A DNA stretch of 64,000 bases from Phenylobacterium sp. (GTDB lineage Bacteria > Pseudomonadota > Alphaproteobacteria > Caulobacterales > Caulobacteraceae): contig NZ_DASXYF010000098.1 in NCBI RefSeq assembly GCF_036502675.1, positions 1,118 through 65,117 on the forward strand, written 5' to 3'. Made by a program: the position numbers and the translations under genes. The first letter of the stretch is position 1. Each line of letters opens with the position of its first letter. Positions 19,794 through 29,212 of the stretch are shown piece by piece. The notes under the pieces were generated by a model that was given only the letters and a program-made list of their open reading frames with translations, was not told the origin of the DNA and made no database searches.

Positions 19794-21041
19794 ATGGCCT
19801 TCGGCGGCAAGCGTATCGCGGTGACCGGCCTGGGCGCCGTCTCGGCGCTGGGCGGGTCGGTGGAGGCGGCCTGGCAGGCGGCCATGGGCGGCAAGGGCGG
19901 CATCGCCCGCCACAGCATCGACGCCTCGCTGTTCGGCCCGCCGGCGCAGGACTTCCTGCTGGCCAGGGTCTGCGAAGACTACGACGCCACGATCGACGAA
20001 CGGCTGGGCCGACCGATCCGGCGGACCCTCGACCCGTTCGCGCGCATGGCGCTGGCCCCGGCGCTGGAAGCCCTCGACCAGGCCGGCCTGCGCGACGATC
20101 CGGTGCTGGCGGAGGACACGGCGGTCATCTTCGGCCACGGCTTCGGCGGGCTCGAGACCATGGAGGCCGGCTACCAGCGGGTGTTCGGCGAGCGCTCGTC
20201 GCGCGTGCACCCCGCCACCGTGCCCCGGGTGATGCTGAGCGCTGCGGTCAGCGCCATCGCCATGACCTTCGGCGTGCGCGGCGCGGTGTTCGCCGTCTCC
20301 AGCGCCTGCGCTTCCTCGGCCCACGCCATCGCGCAGGGCGCGGGCATGATCGCCACCGGCCAGGCCAAGGTCGCCATCGTCGGCGGCAGCGAGGCGGTCG
20401 CCACTCCGGGAAGCCTGTTCTCCTGGGAAGCCATCCGGGCGATGTCGAAAACCGGCTGCCGGCCCTTCGCCGAGGACCGCGACGGCATGGTGCTCGGCGA
20501 GGGCGGCGCGGCGATGATCCTGGAGGATATGGACCACGCCCGGGCCCGCGGCGCGCCGGTGCTGGGGGAGCTGATCGGGGCGGGGATGTCTTCCGACGCC
20601 TTCAACATCACCCAGCCCAGCGCCGCCGGGCAGGCCCGCGCGGTGCGCCAGGCCGCCCGGCAGGCCGACATCCTGGAGCGGGACGACATCCTGATCTCCG
20701 CCCACGGCACCGGCACGCCGCTGAACGACGCGGCCGAGAGCGAGACCCTGCTGGAGGTGTTCGGCGAGCGTGGGCGGCGGCTGCCGGTGATCGCCACCAA
20801 GAGCGCCCATGGCCATGTGATCGGCGGCTCCGCGGCCCTGCAGGCGGTCCTCGGCCTGAAGGCGCTGGCGGAAGGCCGGGCTCCGGCGGTGCTGAACGTG
20901 ACACGGGCCGATCCCGCCTGCGACCTCGACCTGGTGGTGGGCGCGGCGCGGCGGATCGCCTCGCGCGTCCTCCTGCAGAACGCCTTCGCCTTCGGCGGCC
21001 TGAACGTCAGCCTGGCTTTCGCCGGGGCGGGCGGGGCCTGA
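19794..21041 (+). CDS. Beta-ketoacyl-ACP synthase (FabF/NodE-like)
   Basis: SACASS, CRPF, LGEG, AHGTGT, TKSAHGH, NAFAFGG; intact Cys-His-His triad. Confidence 0.92.
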   Translation: MAFGGKRIAVTGLGAVSALGGSVEAAWQAAMGGKGGIARHSIDASLFGPPAQDFLLARVCEDYDATIDERLGRPIRRTLDPFARMALAPALEALDQAGLRDDPVLAEDTAVIFGHGFGGLETMEAGYQRVFGERSSRVHPATVPRVMLSAAVSAIAMTFGVRGAVFAVSSACASSAHAIAQGAGMIATGQAKVAIVGGSEAVATPGSLFSWEAIRAMSKTGCRPFAEDRDGMVLGEGGAAMILEDMDHARARGAPVLGELIGAGMSSDAFNITQPSAAGQARAVRQAARQADILERDDILISAHGTGTPLNDAAESETLLEVFGERGRRLPVIATKSAHGHVIGGSAALQAVLGLKALAEGRAPAVLNVTRADPACDLDLVVGAARRIASRVLLQNAFAFGGLNVSLAFAGAGGA

Positions 21042-21124
21042 GCCTTCGTCACAGGCCGGCGCCGACTCCAAAACGAACTTGGCCGTGACTTGAGGAAGTC
21101 CGCGGTTTGTGGCGTCTTTGAAAC

Positions 21125-22327
21125 ATGCGGATCGGATTCCTCTTCAACCACGACCAGGTGCATCAGGTCGCCCACAGCCTGCCCATCGCGCTCGCCCTGG
21201 CGCGCGGCGGGGCCGGGGCCGAGATCGTCGTCGCCACCACCAACCCGCGCCTCACCGCCGAGGTCGCCCGCCTGGGCGGCGCCCTGATCGGCCATGGGGT
21301 CCAGCTGGTCGAGCTTCGCCTCGCCCCAGGGCCCGGCCGGATGCTGGCCGGCGCGCTCGAAGGGCTGCTGCCGGCGACCAAGCTATTGATCTACCGGGAC
21401 AACCTGGATTTCTTCCGCAGCCTCGACGTGCTGGTGGTCGCGGAGAAGACCTCGCTGATCCTCAAGACCCGCTACGGCCTCGACCGCCTGCGCATCGTCC
21501 ACACCCGCCACGGCGCCGGCGACCGGGCGATCGGCTTCGACGCCGCCAGCGCGGCCTTCGACCACGTGCTGGTGTCCGGCCCGAAGATCCGCGACCGGCT
21601 GATCGCCGACGCCGCCGTCGACCCGGCGAAGATTTCCGTCGTGGGCTATCCCAAGTTCGACCTGTCGCCGCCGCGCGGCGCGACCCACCCGCTACAGGAC
21701 GACGGCCGCCCGGTGGTGCTCTACAATCCGCACGTCTCGCCGCACCTGTCGTCCTGGTACGCCGCGGGCGGCCGCGTGCTCGACTGGTTCCTGGAGCACG
21801 ACGACCTGCACCTGATCTTCGCGCCGCACGTCATGCTGTTCGAACGGCGCTACGTGCTGACCATCGACCGCCTGCGCATCGACCGGCCGGGCCGCATCGA
21901 TGAGCGCTACCTGCGGGCGCCCAACATCCACATCGACCTCGGCAGCCGGGCCTCCACCAACATGGCCTACACCCAGCGGGCCGACATCTACCTGGGCGAC
22001 GTGAGCAGCCAGGTCTACGAGTTCCTGCTGACGCCGCGGCCCTGCGTGTTCCTCGACGTCCACCGCACGCCGTGGCGGGAGGATCCCAACTACACCCACT
22101 GGACGTGCGGCCCGGTCATCGAGGACGTGGCCGACCTGGGCGCGGCCCTGTCGCGGGCGCGCGACGAGCACGCCTCGATCCACCGCCCGGTCCAGGAGGC
22201 GCTGTTCGCCTACACCTTCGACCTGACCGAGGAGCCGTCGTCGGAACGCGCCGCCCGCGCGCTGATGCAGTTCGCGGGCCTGGCCTCGTCGTCGTCGGCC
22301 GTGCCCGGGGCCTGGGCGGCGGCCTGA
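21125..22327 (+). CDS. GT-B-fold protein, CDP-glycerol glycerophosphotransferase (TagF/TagB)-like
   Basis: HGAGDR, VGYPKFD, VLYNPH, FAPH, ADIYLGDVSSQVYEFL..PRP. Confidence 0.68.
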   Translation: MRIGFLFNHDQVHQVAHSLPIALALARGGAGAEIVVATTNPRLTAEVARLGGALIGHGVQLVELRLAPGPGRMLAGALEGLLPATKLLIYRDNLDFFRSLDVLVVAEKTSLILKTRYGLDRLRIVHTRHGAGDRAIGFDAASAAFDHVLVSGPKIRDRLIADAAVDPAKISVVGYPKFDLSPPRGATHPLQDDGRPVVLYNPHVSPHLSSWYAAGGRVLDWFLEHDDLHLIFAPHVMLFERRYVLTIDRLRIDRPGRIDERYLRAPNIHIDLGSRASTNMAYTQRADIYLGDVSSQVYEFLLTPRPCVFLDVHRTPWREDPNYTHWTCGPVIEDVADLGAALSRARDEHASIHRPVQEALFAYTFDLTEEPSSERAARALMQFAGLASSSSAVPGAWAAA

Positions 22328-23475
22328 TGCGGATCGCCTACGTCATCAACTCGGTGGAGGGCGGCGGCGCCGCCCTGCCCGTCCCGGCTGTGGCGCGGTT
22401 GCTGCGGGCGCATGGCGCGACGGTGCAGGTGTTTGCGCTCACCCGGCGGGACGGGCGCGCATTGCCGGCCATGGAAGACGCGGGCCTGACCGTGCGGGTG
22501 CGGGACGGCGGGGAGAAGGACCACCTGGCCGCGCTCGCCTGGCTCGACCGGACGCTCGCCGAGTGGCGGCCCGACGTGATCTGGACCTCGCTGTCCCGCG
22601 CCACCCTGCTGGGGCAGGTGGTCGGCCGGCGCCGGGGCACGCCGGTGGTGAGCTGGCAGCACGCCGCCTTCCTGAAGCGCGCCAACCTCCTCCTGCTGCG
22701 GGCCCGCCAGGCGCACTCGGCGCTGTGGATCGGCGATTCCCACAGCGTGGCGGCGCTGACGGCCGAGCGGCTGGGCGTGCCGGCCGGACGGCTGGCGGTA
22801 TGGCCGCTGTTCGCCGCCGACGCCGCGGCGCCCCAGGCGCGGCCCTGGCGGGCGGGCGAGCCGGTGCGGATCGGCGCGCTGGGCCGCCTGCACCCGGTAA
22901 AGGGCCACGACGTGCTGATCGAGGCCCTGGCGCGGGCGCGGGGCCAGAGCCTTTACCCGCTGGGCCCGTTCGAGGTGCGTATCGCCGGAGAGGGGCGGCA
23001 AAGGGCGGCGCTGGAGAGGGCGGTCGCCGCGGCCCGCCTCGACAACGTGCGCCTGACGGGTTTCTGTGACCACCCGCGCGACTTCCTGGCCGAACTGCAC
23101 CTCTACGTACAACCGTCGCGGTCGGAGGGCCTGTGCATCGCCGCGCACGAGGCGATGCAGGCCGGCTTGCCGACCATCGTCTCGCGGGCGGGCGAGATGC
23201 CCTACAGCGTGCGGGACGGGGAGACGGGCCTGGTCATCCCTCCCGGCGACGCCGACGCCCTCACCCAGGCGCTGATCTGGCTGTTGTCGCACCCGGAGCG
23301 GCTGGCCGGGATGGGAGCCGCGGCCCGGGCGCGCGTCCTGGAGCGGTTCGGCGCGGCGGCGTTCGAGCGCGCCGGCGCGGAGGTGGTCGCGCGCCTTCCG
23401 CTCATGATCGCCAACGCCCCAGCACGCGGCCCGCGTCAATCGCCAGCCCGCCCAGCGAACGGTCTGTCCGCTTGA
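22327..23475 (+). CDS. Glycosyltransferase family 4
   Basis: INSVEGGGA, GRLHPVKG, PSRSEGLCIAAHEAMQAGLP (EX7E), GETGLVIPPGD. Confidence 0.9.
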   Translation: MRIAYVINSVEGGGAALPVPAVARLLRAHGATVQVFALTRRDGRALPAMEDAGLTVRVRDGGEKDHLAALAWLDRTLAEWRPDVIWTSLSRATLLGQVVGRRRGTPVVSWQHAAFLKRANLLLLRARQAHSALWIGDSHSVAALTAERLGVPAGRLAVWPLFAADAAAPQARPWRAGEPVRIGALGRLHPVKGHDVLIEALARARGQSLYPLGPFEVRIAGEGRQRAALERAVAAARLDNVRLTGFCDHPRDFLAELHLYVQPSRSEGLCIAAHEAMQAGLPTIVSRAGEMPYSVRDGETGLVIPPGDADALTQALIWLLSHPERLAGMGAAARARVLERFGAAAFERAGAEVVARLPLMIANAPARGPRQSPARPANGLSA

Positions 23476-24298
23476 CGTCCACGAGCGTGAGGTCGCCGCA
23501 GGCCGACAGGGTGTGCAGGCCGTCGCGGTAAGGCGCGGCGGCGGTCGGCGCCGCGATCGGCGCAGCCGCGTCCGCGGCGAAGCCGTCCGGCGTAAGCTCG
23601 CGGATCCGCAGCAACCGGATCGCTGCGCCGTAGGTGCGCACGCAGTCCTGCACCGGCAGGGTGAGCACGCCCTGGTGCAGGAAGGGCGCTCCTCCCGGGC
23701 GGCTGCTGGCGCGGTCGATGCGCACCGGGTTGCCGGGATGGGCGCGCCAGGGCCCGGAGAGCGACTCGGCGAAGGCCAAGTGCAGCCGGCCCTGCTTGTG
23801 CGCCTGGGGCCCGGCCGGCGAATAGGCCAGCCACCAGAGGCCGTCGTGCCGGAACGGCGTCGGGTCGATCGCCGGCGTGTCGAGTTCCGGCCGCGCGAAC
23901 GGTTCCCAGCGATGGGGAAACTCCGCGGCGCGATAGAGGGTGAAGCCGCCCGACCGGTGGGCCTCCGGCGCCATGAACACCGCCCCGTCCGCCTCGAAGA
24001 CACACGGATAGGACAGATGCCACGGCTCGCGCAGCACGGTGGTGCGCCCGAACCATTCGCCGCCCGCCCCGACGTGCAGCAGGTCGATCGTCCCATGGCG
24101 CGTGCGGTAGTCGTAGGCTTCCGCGAAAACGTGCAGGGCCCCGTCGCGCCAGAGGCCGAACGGGTCGGCGAGGAATGTGAAGGGCGGCCCGGCCGGCAGC
24201 CACCGCACGGGCAGCCCCTCAAGCGTCCCGGCGGCGGCGATCGCCTGGACCTTCGCGTCCACCAAGCCGATGCGCCAGATGTCGCTGCGGCGGGGCAT
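23402..24298 (-). CDS. Beta-propeller GH43-like protein (GINT1 N-domain-like)
   Basis: FLADPF, EPWHLSYP, FPHRWE, IDPT, PWRAHPGNPV, SRPGG, QDC..YG, GLHT. Confidence 0.65.
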   Translation of the reverse strand: MPRRSDIWRIGLVDAKVQAIAAAGTLEGLPVRWLPAGPPFTFLADPFGLWRDGALHVFAEAYDYRTRHGTIDLLHVGAGGEWFGRTTVLREPWHLSYPCVFEADGAVFMAPEAHRSGGFTLYRAAEFPHRWEPFARPELDTPAIDPTPFRHDGLWWLAYSPAGPQAHKQGRLHLAFAESLSGPWRAHPGNPVRIDRASSRPGGAPFLHQGVLTLPVQDCVRTYGAAIRLLRIRELTPDGFAADAAAPIAAPTAAAPYRDGLHTLSACGDLTLVDVKRTDRSLGGLAIDAGRVLGRWRS

Positions 24299-24456
24299 CA
24301 GGCGGAAACTCCCGGGTCAGTCATCGGAGCCGCCTTCCCCCCTTCCGGCCGCCACGCGCCGGCCGTTATCGCACCAAGCCGGCGGCCGACGGGCGTCAAG
24401 CTGGGAAAGCCGCGCCCACCCCCGCGCCGATTCATGTGGGAGGATGCTGAAAAAGT

Positions 24457-24490
24457 GAAGGCGACCGCAATCTGCTTTGCGGTCGCCTTC
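24457..24490 (-). terminator. Rho-independent terminator of the amidohydrolase gene
   Basis: Perfect 14-bp stem GAAGGCGACCGCAA/TTGCGGTCGCCTTC followed by ACTTTTT on the minus strand. Confidence 0.8.
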
Positions 24491-24562
24491 GGGATAGCGG
24501 ATCAGCCGTGGGCGTGACAGCGGAGCCGGCTTCCGCTCCGGCCGTCACGCCGGGAGCGGGGG

Positions 24563-25831
24563 TCAGAACGGCAGGTTGTAGAGCTTGACCGCGTTACGCT
24601 CGAGCACCTGCTTGCGCACCTCGTAGTCGTAGCCGCCCAGAGTATCGACCAGGTGTTCCTGCACGCCCGGATAGAGCGAGGTCGGGTGCGGGTAGTCGGT
24701 CTCGAACAGCACCTTGTCGACGCCCAGCGTTTCCAGGAGTTGCTTGGGACCGATCGACTCGTACCAGAAGGTCACCCAGAAATTCTGCCGGAAGTATTCC
24801 CACGGCCGCTTCTGCAGCCTGCGGGCGACGTTCGGCATCATCTCGTCGAACTGGTGCTCCATCATCTCGACGGCGAAGGGCACCCAGCCCATGCCGCTCT
24901 CGATCATGCCGATCTTCAGGTTCGGATAGGTGTCGAGCAGGCCCGAGACCATGAAGTTGCCAAGCGTCGCGGCGTTGCCGAGCGAGTACATCATCGAGGC
25001 GACCGCCAGGCGCTGCTCGAAGCCCAGTTCCTCCCAGGTCATGCCACTGGGATTGATCGCGGCGTTCAGGTGGTAGTTGACCGGGGTCCCGGTCGCCTCG
25101 CACATCTCGAACAGCGGCGCGAAATATTCGTTGGTGAAGCTCGGCAGGCCCAGCCGCTCCGGCTTGTCGGGCAGGACGAACCCCTTGATCTTCATGTCGA
25201 TGCAGCGGCGCGCCTCGGCTTCCATCGCCGCCTTGTTCCAGATCGGCAGGTGGCCGAGGGTGAACAGCCGGTCCCCGGACTCCTGCTGCCGCTCGGCCGC
25301 AGCGTCGTTGTAGATCTTGAGGATCATCACAGCGACTTCGTCGTCCCCCAGCGCCATCAGCGAACCCGCCTGGGTGACGCCGGAGTTCTGGAAGCAGATC
25401 TGGGCGTAGATGCCCATCTCATCCATCGCCTTGAGGCGCGGCTTGATCTGGTAGGAGCCGGCGTGGCCCTGGTCGAGGGTCGGGAAAGCCAGCCGGCCGA
25501 GCAGCTTGTTGCTGTCGGCGCCGATGACGTTGCCGCCCATGGTGCCGAAGTTGCGGTCGCCGACGAACCAACGGTCGGCGCCGTCGACGTTGCGGCAATA
25601 GGGCAGCCTGCCCTTGAACTTCTCCGGCGCGCGGGACGTGAACATATCCGGCGGCTCGGTGAAGTGGGTGTCGCAATCGACGATCTTGATGCCCTGCAGG
25701 CTGGGGTGCAGTCCCTGCGATGACCGGGCGTAATCCACGTCGCGGATCACCCCGCCGGGGGCATAGCCCTCGCTCATCCAGTAGTTTTGTGCGTCGTCTG
25801 CGTTGACCTTCGTCCCGTCGTCGGCGGCCAC
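24563..25831 (-). CDS. Amidohydrolase_2-family metalloenzyme
   Basis: DCDTH, PVNYH, IESGMGWVP, FETDYPHP, NAVKLY; AGGAGG RBS. Confidence 0.9.
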   Translation of the reverse strand: MAADDGTKVNADDAQNYWMSEGYAPGGVIRDVDYARSSQGLHPSLQGIKIVDCDTHFTEPPDMFTSRAPEKFKGRLPYCRNVDGADRWFVGDRNFGTMGGNVIGADSNKLLGRLAFPTLDQGHAGSYQIKPRLKAMDEMGIYAQICFQNSGVTQAGSLMALGDDEVAVMILKIYNDAAAERQQESGDRLFTLGHLPIWNKAAMEAEARRCIDMKIKGFVLPDKPERLGLPSFTNEYFAPLFEMCEATGTPVNYHLNAAINPSGMTWEELGFEQRLAVASMMYSLGNAATLGNFMVSGLLDTYPNLKIGMIESGMGWVPFAVEMMEHQFDEMMPNVARRLQKRPWEYFRQNFWVTFWYESIGPKQLLETLGVDKVLFETDYPHPTSLYPGVQEHLVDTLGGYDYEVRKQVLERNAVKLYNLPF

Positions 25832-25967
25832 TACATCCTCCTAAAGGTTTGCGCGCACCGAGGCGCAGCGCTTCTTCCAGAATTTATACACCCATTCTCC
25901 GCCCGAGCGGCAATGGGATGCAAGCAGAAAAAATGATAGGTCGTCACTTCTTCCGCGGTCGGACCTG

Positions 25968-27218
25968 TCAAGCCGTCCGGTCCCAAACGACCGGCAGGCG
26001 CGGCGCGGCGATCAGGCCGGGAATCACCTGCCGCTCGGAGCCGGGCTTCAGCCGGAATGTCGGCAGCCGCACCAGAATCTCGTGCAGGGCGATGCGCAGT
26101 TCGCGGCGCGCCAGGTGAGAGCCCAGGCAACGATGCGGCCCGGCGGCGAGGGTGAGGTGGCGGTTGGTGGCGCGGTCGAGGCGGAACGTGCGCGGGTCGT
26201 CGAACTCGTCGGGATCGAAGTTTCCGGTCAGGTTGAAGCAGGTGAGCCTGTCGCCCGCCTTGACCTGAACGCCGCGGATCTCGTGGTCCTTTTTCGCCAC
26301 GCGCGACGAATTGACGATCGGCTGCATGCGTAGGAATTCTTCGATGGCGTCGGGCACCAGGTCGAGATTTTCGCGCAGCTTCTGCTGCAGCGCCGGATCC
26401 AGCGCCAGCCGCCGGAACATCAGCGACGTGGTGGCCGCCACCGTGTCCAGCCCGCCAAGCCAGAGGAAGAACACCGTGCCGATGATCTCCTCCTCGGTCA
26501 GCGGACGACCCTCGACGGTCCCATGCACGACGTGGCTGGTCAGGTTCTCGGCCGGGGTTTTCCGCACTTCCTCGATGTAGCTGCGCAGGTAGGCGATGGC
26601 GCTGGAGAGCCCCCAGGCCATACGCTCGCGATCGCCCATGTCATGGAGGATCGCGTACTCCCAGGAGAGGAAGTCCTCGAACTTCTCGGCCGGGAAGCCC
26701 ATCAGCCCCATGAACACCTGCACCGGATAGATGCGGCCGTAGTCGTAGGCCAGGTCGCACTCGCCCTTGTCGGCAAAGCTGTCGATCAGCCGGGCGATGG
26801 AGCCGCGGATATTGGCCTCCAGCTTGTCGACCGACCTGGGGGAGAACCACGGGTTGAGCAATATCCGGTACTTGCCGTGCTCCGGAGGGTCGATGGCGAT
26901 CGGAATCAGCTGGAACGTCTCGCCGATCAGCGCCTGGAAATTGACCACGCCCGCCGAGCTGTAGAGTTCGTCGTTCTGGTAGACGTCGCGGATGTCGTCG
27001 TAGTGCGTCACGATCCAGGATCCCCGGTCGCCCATCGCGCCGCTGCCCGGCGAGAAGAACACCGGGGGCAGGTCCTTGTAGACCGCCTCCGTCGGGCTGA
27101 ACGGATCGTCCAGCGCGTTGGCGGCCCGATAGGGCGAAACGTCGATGACGAGGTGCTCGGGGATGTGCGGCGCAAGCCGGCTGGCGCCGTCGGCCGCCAT
27201 GAGATTGTCCTGTGCCAT
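25968..27218 (-). CDS. Cytochrome P450
   Basis: DPPEHGKYR, GGLDTV I-helix, EEFLR, GPHRCLG heme Cys. Confidence 0.95.
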   Translation of the reverse strand: MAQDNLMAADGASRLAPHIPEHLVIDVSPYRAANALDDPFSPTEAVYKDLPPVFFSPGSGAMGDRGSWIVTHYDDIRDVYQNDELYSSAGVVNFQALIGETFQLIPIAIDPPEHGKYRILLNPWFSPRSVDKLEANIRGSIARLIDSFADKGECDLAYDYGRIYPVQVFMGLMGFPAEKFEDFLSWEYAILHDMGDRERMAWGLSSAIAYLRSYIEEVRKTPAENLTSHVVHGTVEGRPLTEEEIIGTVFFLWLGGLDTVAATTSLMFRRLALDPALQQKLRENLDLVPDAIEEFLRMQPIVNSSRVAKKDHEIRGVQVKAGDRLTCFNLTGNFDPDEFDDPRTFRLDRATNRHLTLAAGPHRCLGSHLARRELRIALHEILVRLPTFRLKPGSERQVIPGLIAAPRLPVVWDRTA

Positions 27219-27378
27219 CGTGGTTCCTCTCTTCACTTTTCCCTAGACCGCGCCTTGTGCGCCTGCGGCTTATCAGGGAACTGAGGCAGTGTCAGTCATA
27301 CTGTACGGCAGGGCAAGCCGCGACGTGGGCCGGCCGCCGCCCCGCCACGTCCAGGCCGCAAGCCCGCCGGGCGCGAGC

Positions 27379-28503
27379 TTAGAGCGCCAGCAGCAGGCAG
27401 GAGGTGAAGCCCTCGGCGCCGCTGCTGACCACCGCCACCTCCGGCCGGGGGGCGACCTGGCGGGCGGCCGCCGCGCCCCGCAGCTGCAGACAGGCCTCGT
27501 AAAGCCCGCCATAGCCGTGAAGCCGCCCCGCCGACAGCTGTCCGCCGTGGGTGTTGAGCGGCAGATCCCCGCCCGGGGAGATGCGATGGCCGCCCTGGAG
27601 GAAGGCGCCCGCTTCGTTGCGCGGGCAGAGCCGCAGCGCCTCGAGCCAGCGAACGGCCAGGATCGAGAACCCGTCGTACAGCAGCGCCACGTCGACGTCC
27701 GACGGTTTCAGCGCCGTGCGCGACCACATCATGTCGGCGCTGGCGTCGTAGCCGGGCGCCGACCCGATCGCCTGGACCGTAACGGCGCGGCCGCCGTCGA
27801 CCGCCGCGCCGCCGGCCCGCGAAACCACCACGGCGATGGAGCCGTCGACCGGCACGTCGCAGTCGTAGAGACACAACGGGTCGGAGATCATCCGCGAAGC
27901 GAGGTAGTCGTCGAGGCTGAGCGGTTCACGGTATGCGGCGTGCGGGTTGAGCGCGGCGTAGGCGCGGGACACGACGGCGATCTGGCCGAGCTGCTCCCGG
28001 GTCGCGCCGCTCTGGTGCATGTAGCGCTGCATCCAGAGCGCCCCGTACGTGGAATAGCCTGCGCCATAAGGCTCGCTCCACTGGTTCCTCTCGCGCACCA
28101 CGCCGCTGCGCATGGTCGCCGACCGGCCGCCGAGCTGCTGCTGCGCGCTGGATTCCCACACCGTGCGGAAGCAGAGCACGTGCTCGGCCAGGCCCGCCCC
28201 CACGGCCATGACGGCGTTGATGATCGACCCGAGTTGCCCGGGCACCTCGCCGCCGCCGGTATGCCAGCGGGTTCGCAATCCGAGCAGGGCGCGGACGTCG
28301 TCGACGCCGGCCCCGGTGATCCCCGGCGTCGAGCCGGTGGCCCCGGGGTAGGTCGATACCCCGTCGATATCCTCGACCGACAATCCGGCGTCCGCGATCG
28401 CCGCCAGGGCGGCGTCCGCGGTGAGCGTCCAGGGATCGCGCTGCAGCCTGCGCCCGATCTGCGAATTGCCGACACCGGTGATCACCGCTTTTTCTTCGAT
28501 CAT
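27379..28503 (-). CDS. Thiolase-superfamily (SCP2/Ltp-like) protein lacking the canonical Cys
   Basis: PLCLYDCDVPVDG, LYDGFS, PLNTHGGQLSAGRLHG, EACLQLRG. Confidence 0.85.
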   Translation of the reverse strand: MIEEKAVITGVGNSQIGRRLQRDPWTLTADAALAAIADAGLSVEDIDGVSTYPGATGSTPGITGAGVDDVRALLGLRTRWHTGGGEVPGQLGSIINAVMAVGAGLAEHVLCFRTVWESSAQQQLGGRSATMRSGVVRERNQWSEPYGAGYSTYGALWMQRYMHQSGATREQLGQIAVVSRAYAALNPHAAYREPLSLDDYLASRMISDPLCLYDCDVPVDGSIAVVVSRAGGAAVDGGRAVTVQAIGSAPGYDASADMMWSRTALKPSDVDVALLYDGFSILAVRWLEALRLCPRNEAGAFLQGGHRISPGGDLPLNTHGGQLSAGRLHGYGGLYEACLQLRGAAAARQVAPRPEVAVVSSGAEGFTSCLLLAL

Positions 28504-28892
28504 GCCGAAAACACCGGAATCCAGGCTTCACCCGCCCGTTCGAAGGCGACGCTCACCGGCATGCCGACGGTCACCGCCTCGGGTTCGCAGCCGACAATGT
28601 TCGTCAGGATCATAAGGCCGGGCTGCTCGACAAGCTCGACCTGGGCCAGCACATAGGGCGGCTCCATGCCGGGGTTCCACCTGTAGCGGTTGATCGTCCA
28701 GGAATAGACATGACCGCGCCCGGAGACCGGCTCGAACCGCACGTCGCGCCCGCGGCATTTCGGGCATAGGGGCAACGGGGGGTGCAGATACCAGCCGCAG
28801 GCCTGGCATCGGGCGATGCGCAGCCGGCCGTCGGCGCCGGACCGCCAGTATTCGCCGGTGCGCTCGGTAAGGGGCGGCTCCGTCCGTTCCAT
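28500..28892 (-). CDS. Zn-ribbon/OB-fold (DUF35) protein
   Basis: CQAC..PPLPLCPKC, SGRGHVYSWT, PYVLAQVELVE; coupled to the thiolase by an ATGA overlap. Confidence 0.9.
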   Translation of the reverse strand: MERTEPPLTERTGEYWRSGADGRLRIARCQACGWYLHPPLPLCPKCRGRDVRFEPVSGRGHVYSWTINRYRWNPGMEPPYVLAQVELVEQPGLMILTNIVGCEPEAVTVGMPVSVAFERAGEAWIPVFSA

Positions 28893-29212
28893 CTATCGGA
28901 CGGGCCCGCCGAGACGGGCCGCCGGTCTGCCGCCGCTTTCCATTTCCCCTCCCGTCCGAGGCCGCGCGCCCGGCGCGGCCATCAGTTTTCGCGATTTTCC
29001 CTTTCGTTCTGTCTTAAGATTCTACGGTCCGCAATTCAAATAGTTATTCGAAATGGAGAACCGGTCGCGCACCTTAACGGCTTTCGTGGACCTCGTGGCC
29101 GCCCCCGACCATGCCTCCGCAATTGCCTCCGTACAGCGCGGGTCCTAGCCTGGGCGCACCCAGCGACGCCACGGACGGTCGCGGATGCGCCAGGCCAATG
29201 GAAGGAGCAGGA

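Noticed and set aside
24511-24551. Second hairpin GGCGTGAC...GTCACGCC as an ncRNA
   Set aside because: Short, GC-rich and next to a clear terminator; no RNA family features.
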